DNA of 64,000 nucleotides from Clostridia bacterium (GTDB taxonomy: Bacteria; Bacillota; Clostridia; Oscillospirales; Acutalibacteraceae), in assembly GCA_017428525.1 (NCBI GenBank), contig JAFRQQ010000020.1:59535-123534 (forward strand), given 5' to 3'. Positions within the stretch are counted from its first letter, which is position 1, and each line of letters starts with the position of its first letter. The translations under genes were made by a program, and so were the position numbers. Positions 21,090-31,172 of this stretch are shown here, one piece after another. The notes beneath the pieces are model-generated. The model saw only the letters and a program-made list of their open reading frames with translations, did no database searches and had not been told where the DNA came from.

Positions 21090-21354
21090 CTTCATCCTCC
21101 TCGTCGTCAAGCTCGTCCGCTTCATCATTGAGCCGGTTTGCAACCGTTTCGCTCTGCAGATAGGTCAGAATCACGTGGTCGCTGTCGGTGATGATCACCG
21201 CGCGCGTGCGCCGGCCGTGGGTCGCGTCGATCAGATTGCCCTTTTCCTTGCTCTCCTGAATCATGCGCTTGATCGGAGCGGATTCCGGACTGACGATGGC
21301 GACCATCCGCCCGGCATTGACCATATTGCCAAAGCCGATATTGATCAGTTTCAT
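21082..21354 (-). CDS. remA: DUF370 / RemA family regulator
   Basis: [46 protein letters not shown]. Confidence 0.92.
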   Translation of the reverse strand: MKLINIGFGNMVNAGRMVAIVSPESAPIKRMIQESKEKGNLIDATHGRRTRAVIITDSDHVILTYLQSETVANRLNDEADELDDEEDEDD

Positions 21355-21369
21355 GCCCTTTCGGCTCCT

Positions 21370-22248
21370 TTACTCGATATTCTGAATCTGTTCGCGGATC
21401 TTTTCGATTTCCGCTTTCATGGCGACCACCTTGCGCGCAATGGCCACGTCCTGCGCCTTTGAGCCGATGGTGTTGGTTTCGCGGTTCATTTCCTGCACAA
21501 GGAAATCCATCTTTTTGCCGACCGCTTCATCCGAATCCAGGAAGGACTGCATCTGCGCGATGTGGCTGCGCAGGCGCACCGTTTCCTCCGCGACGGCGAT
21601 CTTATCGGCAAAGATGGCGGCCTCGGTCAGGATCCGCTGCTCCTCGATATGCGTATCAGCCAGCAGCTCCTGCAGGCGGGCGATCAGTTTTTCGTTGTAT
21701 TCCTTCACCGTTTCCGGCGAACGGGCTTCAATATAGGCGACCGTTTCGCCGATCGTCGCGAGCCGGTCGAGCACGTCCGCTTTCAGCCGCGCGCCCTCGC
21801 GTTCCCGCATGTCGATGAAGCCGGCCAGCGCCGCTTCCGCAACGGTCATCACCGCAGCGCGGATGCGGACTTCATCCGCCTGCGCCTTGCGCAGCGTGAG
21901 TACGTCCGCGACTTTCACAAGATCGGACACCTTGATATCGTTTTCGATCCCGTAGGATTCCGAAAGCTCCCGGTACGCGGCCAGATAGCTTTTCACCAGC
22001 GGATGATTCACGCTCACGAGCGTATCCGCTTCCTCTACGGTTTCGATCTGCACATAACATTCGAGCTTGCCGCGCGTGAGCTTGCCCATAAAAAAGGTCT
22101 TTAAGGCTTCGTCCAGAAAGCCGTAGCTGCGCGGCAGCTTGGAGGAAAACTCAAAATAGCGATGGTTGACGCTTTTGAGCTCCACCGTGATATTCATTCC
22201 GTCCACGAGCTGCTGAGCGCGCCCGTAGCCGGTCATACTCTTGATCAT
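21370..22248 (-). CDS. yloC: YicC/YloC family endoribonuclease
   Basis: MIKSMTGYGR, SVNHRY, EETVRLRSH, GKKMDFLVQEMNRETNTIGSK, EKIREQIQNIE. Confidence 0.95.
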   Translation of the reverse strand: MIKSMTGYGRAQQLVDGMNITVELKSVNHRYFEFSSKLPRSYGFLDEALKTFFMGKLTRGKLECYVQIETVEEADTLVSVNHPLVKSYLAAYRELSESYGIENDIKVSDLVKVADVLTLRKAQADEVRIRAAVMTVAEAALAGFIDMREREGARLKADVLDRLATIGETVAYIEARSPETVKEYNEKLIARLQELLADTHIEEQRILTEAAIFADKIAVAEETVRLRSHIAQMQSFLDSDEAVGKKMDFLVQEMNRETNTIGSKAQDVAIARKVVAMKAEIEKIREQIQNIE

Positions 22249-22263
22249 ATTGTATCCACTTCC

Positions 22264-22590
22264 TCATTCTTGATGCCCACAGGCACAATTCATCAGCACC
22301 TCCGGGATCTCCGCCGTGAGCACGTCCGCTCCCTGAAAACCGAGCTGACGCAGCGCACGATCGGCAACGCCGGCCCCGGCCCGCGCAGTATAGGCGTTCC
22401 GGTTCGCGGCATAATTCATCGCCGCACGCAGCAAGCCGTCCGCAAGCAGCGGATCGTCGCAGTCGACCGCGGTGAATTCCATCTGATACCCGTCGATGCG
22501 AAAGCAGCAAAAGCCCGCTGGCGCTTCATCGACAAACGCTTCAAAGCGGAAGCCGCCGTCCGGCGCATCTGCCGGCAAAAAACGGATCAT
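22264..22590 (-). CDS. Hypothetical protein, possible degenerate GNAT-like fold
   Basis: 108 aa overlapping the rluB stop by 4 bp; contains DGLLRAAMNYAANR and ends CACGHQE. Confidence 0.6.
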   Translation of the reverse strand: MIRFLPADAPDGGFRFEAFVDEAPAGFCCFRIDGYQMEFTAVDCDDPLLADGLLRAAMNYAANRNAYTARAGAGVADRALRQLGFQGADVLTAEIPEVLMNCACGHQE

Positions 22591-23339
22591 CGTGTCGCTC
22601 CTTTCTTTTCGGAGACGCCGGCCGCGCGCAGCAGCGTTTCCACCTCCTGCGGCGTCAGATCCCGCCATTCGCCGGGACGCAGCATTCCGAGACGCACGGG
22701 GCCGACGGCGGTTCTGCGCAGACGCGCCACCTCGAGGCCGAGCGCTTCGCACATGCGGCGAATCTGCCGGTTGCGGCCTTCATACAGGATGATTTCCGCA
22801 ACCGCGCGCCCTTCCTCCTGCGTCACGATGCGCACATCGGCCGGCGCGGTCATGCGCCCGTCAAGCTCGATGCCGTCGCTGAGCTGCTCCGCCTGCGCTG
22901 CCGTGATGCCGGGGCGCAGGGTCACAACGTAGGTTTTCGGCACATGATGCTTCGGATGCATCATCGCATTCGCGAACGCGCCGTCATTCGTGAGCAGCAG
23001 CGCGCCCTCAGATACGCGGTCCAGTCGGCCGACCGGATACACGCGCTCCTGCACGCCGTTGAGCAAAGCGGTCACGCACTTGCGGCCGAGTTCGTCGTTC
23101 GTGGTCGTCACATAGCCGCGCGGCTTGTTGAGCAGCAGATAGCGCTGCGTCGCTGCCGGATGCACACGGCGGCCGGCGACCGTGACTTTATCATGCGCGG
23201 GATCGACCTGATCGCCGATCTGCGCGGGTTTTCCGTTGACCTTCACCAGCCCGCTGCGAATCATTTCCTCCGCCTTGCGCCGGGATGCGACCCCAGCCTC
23301 GGAAAGAAACTTCTGCAGCCGCATGCGTGTTTGCGTCAC
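22587..23339 (-). CDS. rluB: 23S rRNA pseudouridine synthase (RluB/RsuA family)
   Basis: S4 domain RLQKFLSEAGVASRRKAE, LNKPRG, PVGRLD, EGRNRQIRRM; GTG start behind GAGGTGA. Confidence 0.9.
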   Translation of the reverse strand: MTQTRMRLQKFLSEAGVASRRKAEEMIRSGLVKVNGKPAQIGDQVDPAHDKVTVAGRRVHPAATQRYLLLNKPRGYVTTTNDELGRKCVTALLNGVQERVYPVGRLDRVSEGALLLTNDGAFANAMMHPKHHVPKTYVVTLRPGITAAQAEQLSDGIELDGRMTAPADVRIVTQEEGRAVAEIILYEGRNRQIRRMCEALGLEVARLRRTAVGPVRLGMLRPGEWRDLTPQEVETLLRAAGVSEKKGATR

Positions 23340-23349
23340 GGTGTTCACC

Positions 23350-24477
23350 TCAATCAAAGAATTCACTGATGCTGCGCAGCAGACGCCGGATCCCCTTCGG
23401 CTCCGGCTCCTGCCGCAATCCTGCGCGGCGTTCGATCCGCTCGGCGGCAATCACGGGCACGGCAGCAATCTGCCGCCCGCCGCTGCGAAACACGGCGGTG
23501 CCGACGACGGTGCCCTCCGCCAGCGGCGCATAGCAATACGGCCGGAGCAGCAGTTCACAATCATAACCGCCGCCGTCTGCCGGATAGACCGGCGTTTCGG
23601 CCAGCGCAACACACGCCGTCTGCCGCACGCCGCCGAACACGCGCACCGCGGCGCCGCCGGTATCGAAGGTCAGCGAAACCGGTTTGCACACGGATGCGCC
23701 GTAATCAAGCAGGGCAAGATGATCTTCCCAGTCATCCGGCGCGTTGAGCGTCACGCCCACAAAGGTCAGACCGTCGCGCTGCGCGGCGCTGACGAGGCAC
23801 CGCCCGCTCTTTTTGGTAAAGCCGGTTTTGACGCCGATCACGGTGTCGTCCCGCCAGAGCAGCCGGTTGTGGTTGCTGAAGATCGCCGTGCGGGGCGGGT
23901 CGCCGTAGCGCAGGCGCGCCGTCTTCGCGGCGCAAACCGCGACAAATTCAGGATTGGCGATGCACGCGCAGGCCAGCAGCGCAAGATCATGCGCCGTGGA
24001 ATAATGCGCGGCGTCATCCAGGCCGGAGGGCGTGACGAAATGCGTATCCCGCATGCCGAGCGCAGCCGCGCGGGCGTTCATCATCTCCGCAAACGCCGCG
24101 GGACTGCCGCCGAGCGCATAGGCGACGGCATTAGCCGCGTCGTTGCCGGATGCGAGCAGCATGCCGTAAATCAGCACGCGCAGCGGCACACGCTCGCCCG
24201 CCTGCAGACCGATCGACGTGCCCTCGACGTCGACCATCTCCCGCGTGACGGTGATCTCGCGGTCGGGCGTGCAGGCTTCCAGCGCAAGCAGCGCCGTCAT
24301 CATCTTGGTCGTGCTCGCCATGGAAAGGCGGCGGGTCGCGTTCTTTTCATACAGCACCGCGCCGGATTCCGCGCAGACAAGCACGGCGGCTTCGGCGCTG
24401 ACGGACAGCCCGTGCGCAGGCAAGGCCGCGGAAAAGCACAGGATCACGCAAAGCGCTGCGGCAAGGATTCGTTTCAC
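23350..24477 (-). CDS. dacB: D-alanyl-D-alanine carboxypeptidase (DacB/PBP5*-like)
   Basis: Signal peptide, SxxK (ASTTK), SxN (SGND), KTG (GVKTGFT); scpB..rluB synteny. Confidence 0.85.
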   Translation of the reverse strand: MKRILAAALCVILCFSAALPAHGLSVSAEAAVLVCAESGAVLYEKNATRRLSMASTTKMMTALLALEACTPDREITVTREMVDVEGTSIGLQAGERVPLRVLIYGMLLASGNDAANAVAYALGGSPAAFAEMMNARAAALGMRDTHFVTPSGLDDAAHYSTAHDLALLACACIANPEFVAVCAAKTARLRYGDPPRTAIFSNHNRLLWRDDTVIGVKTGFTKKSGRCLVSAAQRDGLTFVGVTLNAPDDWEDHLALLDYGASVCKPVSLTFDTGGAAVRVFGGVRQTACVALAETPVYPADGGGYDCELLLRPYCYAPLAEGTVVGTAVFRSGGRQIAAVPVIAAERIERRAGLRQEPEPKGIRRLLRSISEFFD

Positions 24478-24509
24478 GCGAACATCTCCCCTCTTCAGTC
24501 GATTGATTC

Positions 24510-24539
24510 ATTATATGAACCGACCGAAAAGGGAAATAC
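24510..24539 (-). promoter_or_regulatory. Candidate sigmaE-type promoter for dacB
   Basis: Minus strand GTATTT-N16-CATATAAT; dacB is sigmaE-dependent in B. subtilis. Confidence 0.4.
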
Positions 24540-24554
24540 CTGCCGCAAAACGGA

Positions 24555-24989
24555 TTATTTCAGTTCGTTGGTTTCGATATAGTCGTCGATCGCGGCGTCG
24601 ACGCTGCTGCTGGCAGAGCCGCCCTTGATCTTATCGATCACGTCGGTCGCCTTGTCCACAAGATCGGGCACCATGCCGATCACGCGCTCGACAGAACCTT
24701 CGGAAGCGTTGATGTAACGGACGGTCACGCTGCCGTTGTTGACAACGAGGAACGCCACGGGCGTGATGGTCACGCCGGCGCCGCCGCCGCCGCCGAACAG
24801 CTCATTGGAGCCCTTGGAGGGGAAATCCGTGCCGCCGGAGGCAAAGCCGTAGGTAACCTTGGACACGGGGATAATCTGCAGCGTGTCGCTGATTTTGATG
24901 GGTTCGCCGATAATGGTGCGCACATCCACAAGATCCTTGATCTTGTCGATCGAAGTGCCGAGCATGCCGGCTGCCGATTGTTCTTTCAT
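24555..24989 (-). CDS. gerW: GerW/YtfJ family sporulation protein
   Basis: TIIGEPI, IIPVSKVTYGFASGG, FGGGGGAGVTITPVAFLV. Confidence 0.9.
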   Translation of the reverse strand: MKEQSAAGMLGTSIDKIKDLVDVRTIIGEPIKISDTLQIIPVSKVTYGFASGGTDFPSKGSNELFGGGGGAGVTITPVAFLVVNNGSVTVRYINASEGSVERVIGMVPDLVDKATDVIDKIKGGSASSSVDAAIDDYIETNELK

Positions 24990-25024
24990 GTTTGTTTCTC
25001 CTTTTCTTTATGTGATGAATTTAT

Positions 25025-25714
25025 TTACTGCTGCTTCTGCACCTCGGGCTTTGGTTCCTTGCTGTGCCTGAGCAGCGGTATGACAGCTTTAAAGAGCATC
25101 TGGAAGAGCATGACGGTGCCCGCGTGGATGAGCAGCAGCGGTCGCACCGAAACGACGGTATGAAAGGCCGCATCGTTCTTGCCCTCCATGAAATCGGGGG
25201 TCACGGTCAGTTCATGCTTTTTGACGCGCACCTTGCTCACAATGGTGCCCATGGCGGGATACACCACAGCACAGGTGCGGCCGTATTTGACGGCGGTCTC
25301 CGACGCGTCGTAGGAGCCCACCTGCAGATGCACGCGCAGTTCCTCAAGCGTAAACGCCTTCGCGCCGCGGCGGAACATCCCGCCCAGGGCCGCCGCCGTA
25401 TCCTGCAGCAGCTGCACGACGCCGTCGAAGCCTTTGTTGTGATAAAAACGCACGAAGATATTGTCCTTGTGCTTTTTCTTCTTCGGCTCCGGAACGATTT
25501 CGCTTTCCGGCTCTTCTTCCTTCGGCTTTTTCTTTTTCTCTTTCTTTTTTTTCTCTTTTTTCGGTTTCTTTTTCGGAATCAGCTGCAGCTTGATAAACAG
25601 CCACCTGACCGAAAGCAAAATTTCTTCATTATAATGGACGGTGACCACGATGCGCACCCACAGCAACAGCAGCAGCAGCGCGATGATTCCGAGAATGATC
25701 CAGAGAGCGGTCAT
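25025..25714 (-). CDS. DUF2953 family membrane protein (YtfI-like)
   Basis: N-terminal TM helix, Lys-rich linker, DASETAVKYG motif; lies upstream of ytfJ. Confidence 0.75.
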   Translation of the reverse strand: MTALWIILGIIALLLLLLWVRIVVTVHYNEEILLSVRWLFIKLQLIPKKKPKKEKKKKEKKKKPKEEEPESEIVPEPKKKKHKDNIFVRFYHNKGFDGVVQLLQDTAAALGGMFRRGAKAFTLEELRVHLQVGSYDASETAVKYGRTCAVVYPAMGTIVSKVRVKKHELTVTPDFMEGKNDAAFHTVVSVRPLLLIHAGTVMLFQMLFKAVIPLLRHSKEPKPEVQKQQ

Positions 25715-25736
25715 GCCGGCATCTCCTCCTTCCTCC

Positions 25737-26348
25737 TCAATTGGACTGTGTTTCCGCCTCCTGCGCGGAGAAAAAGCTGCGCACCTGCACGCCCTGTGCG
25801 CTGTCGATCTGCTCCGCGTCCGGCTCCTGCACGGGCGGCTTTTCCGGCAGCTCCGGAAGATCGGCCAGCGAAGTCAGGCAGAAGCAGCGCAGAAACGCGG
25901 GCGTCGTGCCGTACAGCAGCGGACGGCCGGGCAGCTCGAGGCGGCCCTTTTCTTCGAGCAGGCCGCGCTGACAAAGCGTGGAAATCACGCCCGAGCAGTC
26001 CACGCCGCGAATCTGCTCGACATAGGCCTTGGTCACCGGCTGATTATATGCAACCACGGCGAGCACCTCAAAGGCGGCCGGTGAAAGCGGGGTATTCTTT
26101 TTGATATCCAGCACCGTGCGCACCTGCTGGGCATATTCGGTGCGGGAGCAGAGCTGATACTGCGCGCCGAGCCGCAGCAGACACACGCCGCTGCCGCGCT
26201 GATCGAGTGTTTCCGCAAGCAGCTGCATCGCCTGCTGCACCTGCGAAAGCTCGACCTCCAGCGCTTCCGCGATGCGGGCGGCTTCCAGCGGCTCTCCCGC
26301 CGCAAACAGGATCGCCTCGCACGCGGCGGATAATGCTTCATTCGTCAT
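25737..26348 (-). CDS. scpB: SMC-Scp complex subunit ScpB
   Basis: EAILFAAGEP, LSPAAFEVLAVVAYNQP, IRGVDC, GRPLLYGTT.FL. Confidence 0.95.
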   Translation of the reverse strand: MTNEALSAACEAILFAAGEPLEAARIAEALEVELSQVQQAMQLLAETLDQRGSGVCLLRLGAQYQLCSRTEYAQQVRTVLDIKKNTPLSPAAFEVLAVVAYNQPVTKAYVEQIRGVDCSGVISTLCQRGLLEEKGRLELPGRPLLYGTTPAFLRCFCLTSLADLPELPEKPPVQEPDAEQIDSAQGVQVRSFFSAQEAETQSN

Positions 26349-27072
26349 AATCGAGCTGCGCCTCCTCTCTGCCGTGCACCAACGTCACGGCGGCGTTTTC
26401 GCCTTCGCCCTCCACGGTGATGCGCTTGGCCTTGACCATGGCCAGCAGCGCAAGGAAGGTGGCGACCATTTCAGAGCGGGACGTCGACTGCTCAAAGAAC
26501 GCGTTGAACCGATGCCCGCCCGCCGATTTCAGCCGGTCGATGATCACCTGAAACCGCGAGGTCACGGAAACGATCTTGTGCGCGACGATGCCGCGAAACG
26601 CCTCCACCGGCGGCGGCAGCCTGCGCTGCCCCTTGCCGACCGCGGCAAGATAGGATTTGAAAATCAGAAACGGCTCATGAATGCGCGTATAGGTCAGATC
26701 GGCCTCGATCTTCTCCGGCGGGTGCTGATAATACTCAAACCCCTTTGCGCAGTCGTGGAGCTTGGCGGCCACGAGCTTGCAGTCCTGATACTCCGTCAGC
26801 TCGCCGCGCAGCTCCTCCACGAGCTTCTCCGCCTCCTCATGCACAGGCAGCAGCGACACGGTTTTGATATAAAGCAGCCGCGCCGCCATTTCGAGGAATT
26901 CACTGGAAACATCCAGATCCTCCTCCTGCATCTGCCGCACATAGGCCAGATACTGCTCGATGATTTCAAGGATCGGCACGTCGTTGATGCTGACCTTCTT
27001 TTTTCCGATCAGCTGGAGCAGAAGATCCATCGGGCCTTCAAAGACCTCCAGCTTATATTGCAGTTTTTCCAC
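26338..27072 (-). CDS. scpA: Segregation and condensation protein ScpA
   Basis: FEGPMDLLLQLI, EFLEMAARLLYIK, VATFLALL. Confidence 0.95.
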   Translation of the reverse strand: MEKLQYKLEVFEGPMDLLLQLIGKKKVSINDVPILEIIEQYLAYVRQMQEEDLDVSSEFLEMAARLLYIKTVSLLPVHEEAEKLVEELRGELTEYQDCKLVAAKLHDCAKGFEYYQHPPEKIEADLTYTRIHEPFLIFKSYLAAVGKGQRRLPPPVEAFRGIVAHKIVSVTSRFQVIIDRLKSAGGHRFNAFFEQSTSRSEMVATFLALLAMVKAKRITVEGEGENAAVTLVHGREEAQLDYDE

Positions 27073-27089
27073 AGAGATTCTCCAATGAT

Positions 27090-27785
27090 TTATGATAGAA
27101 ACGCGCGGAACGGCAGGCCGGTCAGCCAGTCGAAGCCGCTGAGCAGTTTCGTTGACAGGAAGGAGAGCGGCGCAGTCAGCCAGCCCATGAGCAGCAGCGC
27201 GAAGATCACAAGGCGGATATATCGCTCATACTGCATGATTTTGAAATACAGCTCCGTGGGCAGCACGAGCGAAACGACGCGCGAGCCATCCAGCGGCGGA
27301 ATCGGCAGCAGGTTGAACACAGCCAGGCTGACATTGACGGAGGCGGCAAAATAGAAGAACAGCTCCGTCACCTGCGCGACGATCGATCCGGTCTTCGCGA
27401 GCCACAGGTCCGCACCGTGGCGCAGAAACAGAAAGATCAGCGCCATGAGCAGATTGGAGGCCGGACCGGCGGCGGCCGTGATGGCCATGCCCGCCTTGGG
27501 ATTCTTGAATCTTCTCGGATTGACCGGCACGGGCTTTGCGTAGCCGAAGCCGACGAGGAAAATCATCAGCGCGCCGATCGGATCCAGATGCGCCAGGGGC
27601 GAAAGCGTCAGGCGGCCCTGCAGCCGCGCGGTGTCGTCGCCGAGCTTGTTTGCCGCCCAAGCGTGCGCGAATTCATGCACGGGCAGCGTGCAGAAGACGA
27701 CAAAGACGATCGCAAAAAAATTGATGATCATCGAGATGCCGGGCGTTTCGCCCCGCATCAGACTGCGGATCAGTTGTAAGAGCAT
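27090..27785 (-). CDS. Site-2 protease (M50) family protein
   Basis: HEFAH, LTLSPLAHLDPIG, AGPASN, FNLLPIPPLDG. Confidence 0.92.
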   Translation of the reverse strand: MLLQLIRSLMRGETPGISMIINFFAIVFVVFCTLPVHEFAHAWAANKLGDDTARLQGRLTLSPLAHLDPIGALMIFLVGFGYAKPVPVNPRRFKNPKAGMAITAAAGPASNLLMALIFLFLRHGADLWLAKTGSIVAQVTELFFYFAASVNVSLAVFNLLPIPPLDGSRVVSLVLPTELYFKIMQYERYIRLVIFALLLMGWLTAPLSFLSTKLLSGFDWLTGLPFRAFLS

Positions 27786-28633
27786 GATACATCCTTCCCG
27801 ACCGGATGCGTTCCGGTCACAGCGCGCGGCAGGCCGTTCAGATCACGGCGCACCGCCACAGAATGAAATGAAATACGAAGCAGGTTTGCCACGGCGTCGG
27901 TCTGCGTTTCGCCGCATTCCAGCGCCGCCGCGTCACACAGCGGCAGCCAGTCCTTTGCAATGGCACGGTAAAAATCCAATCCGTCCGCGCCGCCGTCCAG
28001 GGCAGAAGCCGGTTCCCGCCGCACCTCCCGCTGCAGCGCGGGCAGCTCGGCAGAGGCGATATAAGGCGGGTTCGATAATAACAGATCCGCGCGCGGCAGG
28101 CTGAACGCAGCGGGCCCGTCAAACAGGTCCCCCTGCAGCAGCACGGCGTTCTCAACGTCCAGCCGCCTGCGGTTTTCTTCCAGATAAACGAACGCGTCCG
28201 GTTCTTTTTCGAGCAAATAGACCCGGGCGTGCGGGAGCAGCTTCGCAGCGCTCAGTCCCACGCAGCCCGTGCCCGCGCAAAGATCGAAGATCACAGGCGC
28301 GGGGTGCGCCGCCAGCAGCTGCACGGCAAATTCAACCAGCAGCTCCGTTTCCGGTCGCGGGATCAGCACGCCTTCGCCGACCGCAAAAGAGAATCCGCAA
28401 AACTCCCACTCGCCGAGCAGATACTGCACCGGCGCCCCTGCGATCCGCCGTTCAAGCAGCGCCGCATAGGTGTCGGCAGCCGCCGATGCAACCGGCGCAT
28501 CGGAAAGCAGGATCTCTGTCTGCGTGCAGCCGGCCGCCGATTCCAGCAGCCAGCGCGCTTCGGCCGCGCTGTTGTCGATCCCGGCCTGCGCGAGCCGCGT
28601 CTGCCCTGTGCGCAGCCAGTCGCGCAGCGTCAC
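27770..28633 (-). CDS. prmC: Release factor glutamine methyltransferase PrmC/HemK
   Basis: PVQYLLG, VLIPRPETE, DLCAGTG, SNPPYI, GGADGLDFY; GTG start overlapping the upstream stop. Confidence 0.93.
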   Translation of the reverse strand: MTLRDWLRTGQTRLAQAGIDNSAAEARWLLESAAGCTQTEILLSDAPVASAAADTYAALLERRIAGAPVQYLLGEWEFCGFSFAVGEGVLIPRPETELLVEFAVQLLAAHPAPVIFDLCAGTGCVGLSAAKLLPHARVYLLEKEPDAFVYLEENRRRLDVENAVLLQGDLFDGPAAFSLPRADLLLSNPPYIASAELPALQREVRREPASALDGGADGLDFYRAIAKDWLPLCDAAALECGETQTDAVANLLRISFHSVAVRRDLNGLPRAVTGTHPVGKDVSCSYN

Positions 28634-29706
28634 GCCTGCGGCTCCTGCGGCGCGGCAGAGTCCTCTGCTTCCTCGGACGGCGTTTCGTCCTCCACAGGCG
28701 CATCCTGCGCGGCGGTTTCCGCGTCGATCACTTCCTGCGTCTGCTCCGGCGGGATCTCGCCGGTCAGCGCCGCCTGCATCACGGCAATGCCGCATTCGAT
28801 GATCGCGTCGTCCGGCTCGGCGGTGGTGATGCGCTGCATCAAAAGACCGGGCGCGGAAAGGATGCGCGTGCAGGTGTTCTGATATTTGCCGGCCAGCTGG
28901 ATGAACTCAAAGCCGACGCCCATGATCAGCGGCAGGATCAGCAGCTTCGTGAGCAGCCAGACGCCGCGATTCACGGTCAGTTGCGGGAAAATCAGCGCAA
29001 CGATTGACGAAATCAGAATACTGAGAATGATCGTCACAAAGATGAAGCTCGTGCCGCAGCGGGGATGGAAGCGCACGGATTTGCGCACATTCTCGACCGT
29101 CAGGTCCCAGCCGCGTTCAAAGCAGTAGATGGTTTTATGCTCCGCGCCGTGATACATGAAGACGCGGTGGATCTCCTTCGTGCGGGAGACGATATACATA
29201 TAGGCAATGAAAACGATGATGCGGATCAGGCCCTCAAACACCGGGCGGATGGTTGTCAGCTCGCTGTGCGCCGCCTTGCGCAGCAGATCAAACAGAAAGC
29301 TCGGCAGCCACATGAACAGCAGGAACGCAAGTCCCACGCCGAGCACCATGGCGACAACGCCGATCACATTCAGCATTTTCGGCCCGAAATGATCGCTCAG
29401 CCAGCGGTCCAGCTTGCTCTCGCTCGCTTCCTCCTCGAAATCCAGCGACGTCTTCTCCGCGGATTCCATCAGGAGCTTGTAGCCGAAAAACATCGACTCG
29501 ACAAAGGAGACGACGCCGCGCACAAGCGGCAGATTCAGCGGCTTATATTTTTTGCGCACGGAAACGAATTCTTTCATCTCGGTCAGAATCCGTCCGTTCG
29601 GCAGGCGGTAGGAAACGGCCGTGCCCTGCGGGCCGCGCATCATAATGCCCTCCATCAGCGCCTGCCCGCCGACGGCGACGTATTCTTTATTTTGTTCCTT
29701 GCTCAT
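28630..29706 (-). CDS. DUF1385 domain membrane protein (putative metallopeptidase)
   Basis: VGGQALMEGIMM, FMYHGAEHKTI, RFHPRCGTSF, QRITTAEP; usual neighbour of prmC. Confidence 0.9.
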   Translation of the reverse strand: MSKEQNKEYVAVGGQALMEGIMMRGPQGTAVSYRLPNGRILTEMKEFVSVRKKYKPLNLPLVRGVVSFVESMFFGYKLLMESAEKTSLDFEEEASESKLDRWLSDHFGPKMLNVIGVVAMVLGVGLAFLLFMWLPSFLFDLLRKAAHSELTTIRPVFEGLIRIIVFIAYMYIVSRTKEIHRVFMYHGAEHKTIYCFERGWDLTVENVRKSVRFHPRCGTSFIFVTIILSILISSIVALIFPQLTVNRGVWLLTKLLILPLIMGVGFEFIQLAGKYQNTCTRILSAPGLLMQRITTAEPDDAIIECGIAVMQAALTGEIPPEQTQEVIDAETAAQDAPVEDETPSEEAEDSAAPQEPQA

Positions 29707-31139
29707 GCGGTTTCTCCTTCCTTCGCGGTCACAAGCGGGAGCGTCACACGCACGGTGGTCCCCTCGCCGAGCACGCTGTCGATCGTCAGCGTGCCTTCGT
29801 GCAGCTTGACGATCTCATCCACCACGGCCAGCCCGATGCCCGAGCCGCGCACGGTGGAATTGGCTTTGTAGAATTTTTCCTTGACGTGCGGCAGATCCTC
29901 CGCCGGGATGCCGGCGCCGGTATCCGCGATCGTCACGGTCAGGGCGGATTTCTCCGTCATATCGGCGGTCACGATGATTTTGCCGCCGTGGGTCGTGTAT
30001 TTCAGGGAATTATCCAGAATATTGATAAACACCTGACGGATGCGGGAGGCGTCGCCGTTGGCCGGCGCGGGCGCCTGCGGGACATTGTAGACCAGCTCAA
30101 TGCCCTCGCGGATCGCGCGCTCCTTGAAGCTGAACACGATCTCATCCAGCTCCGCAAGCAGGTCGATGGTTTCAAATTTGAGCTGCAGACGGCCGCTGCT
30201 CATGCGGGAGAAGTCCAGCAGTTCCTCCACCATTTCATTCAGCCGCGCGGACTCGCTGATGATCACGCCCATGCCGCGCTCGGTCATGGCGGGGTCGGTC
30301 GCGCCGATCTGCAGCAGCGTTTCGCCCCAGCCCTTGATGGCCGTGAGCGGCGTGCGCAGCTCGTGGGAAACGGTGGAAATGAAATCGTTCTTCATCCGGT
30401 CGCCCGCCGCGAGCTTGGTCGCCATATCGTTGATGATCGCGCAAAGCTCGCCGATTTCATCATTGTAGGGATAATGGTCGATGCGCGCGTCGAGCTCTCC
30501 GCCGGCAATGCGTTTGGCCGTTTCGCCGATATCCTTGACGGGATTGACGATCGAGCGGATGAAAAAGCTGCTCGAGAGCACCAGCAGGAAAAACATCAAA
30601 AGCGCTGCGCCCGCAATGACCAGCGAGAGGCGCACAAGCTGGGCGTCGATCGCCTCCATCGAAATCATGAACCGGATCGCGCCGCCGACCTTGCCGCCGG
30701 CATGGCGATACACACAGGTGGACGCCATGATCTTTTCGCCCGAGGGCAGCTTGCCCGTCCACTTTGCGGCATCCAGTCCGTTCGTCAGTGCCGCCTGATA
30801 ATCCGGCATATCCACCTCGTCGAGAATCTGGAAACCGGTCGTGGAAAGGATCACGCGGCCGTTCTGATCGATCGCCCAGACCGCCATTTCATCCTTGTCG
30901 GGAAACGATTCGATGAATTCGCGGCTCGCTGCGCGGAAGGCGTTCGTGCTGCCGCCGCCGTAAAGCGCGAAGGTGGAAGCGATCTGATCGGCGGAATACG
31001 CGTCCAGCGCAAGGCTCGCGGTGTTGTAATAATAATTATGAAGCGAGATGATCATCGCGAAGCAGACCGTTACCAGAATCAGGATCACGATCAGAGCAAC
31101 CGTCAGAAACCAGCGACGGGTGATGCCCATATATTTCAT
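29703..31139 (-). CDS. Sensor histidine kinase (2 TM, HAMP, HisKA, HATPase)
   Basis: DEIGEL, SHELRTPLT, NILDNSLKY, DTGAGI, GSGIGL. Confidence 0.95.
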   Translation of the reverse strand: MKYMGITRRWFLTVALIVILILVTVCFAMIISLHNYYYNTASLALDAYSADQIASTFALYGGGSTNAFRAASREFIESFPDKDEMAVWAIDQNGRVILSTTGFQILDEVDMPDYQAALTNGLDAAKWTGKLPSGEKIMASTCVYRHAGGKVGGAIRFMISMEAIDAQLVRLSLVIAGAALLMFFLLVLSSSFFIRSIVNPVKDIGETAKRIAGGELDARIDHYPYNDEIGELCAIINDMATKLAAGDRMKNDFISTVSHELRTPLTAIKGWGETLLQIGATDPAMTERGMGVIISESARLNEMVEELLDFSRMSSGRLQLKFETIDLLAELDEIVFSFKERAIREGIELVYNVPQAPAPANGDASRIRQVFINILDNSLKYTTHGGKIIVTADMTEKSALTVTIADTGAGIPAEDLPHVKEKFYKANSTVRGSGIGLAVVDEIVKLHEGTLTIDSVLGEGTTVRVTLPLVTAKEGETA

Positions 31140-31172
31140 TGTGATCCCTCCTTCCGGTCAATTTCATCTGTT

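Noticed and set aside
25520-25580. Long T/C-rich tract as a phase-variation site
   Set aside because: It encodes the in-frame Lys/Glu-rich linker of the DUF2953 protein and the ORF is intact.
28634-28795. 54-aa N-terminal extension of PrmC shown in the track
   Set aside because: It overlaps the DUF1385 3' end; the GTG at 28633, coupled to the upstream stop, gives a normal-length PrmC.
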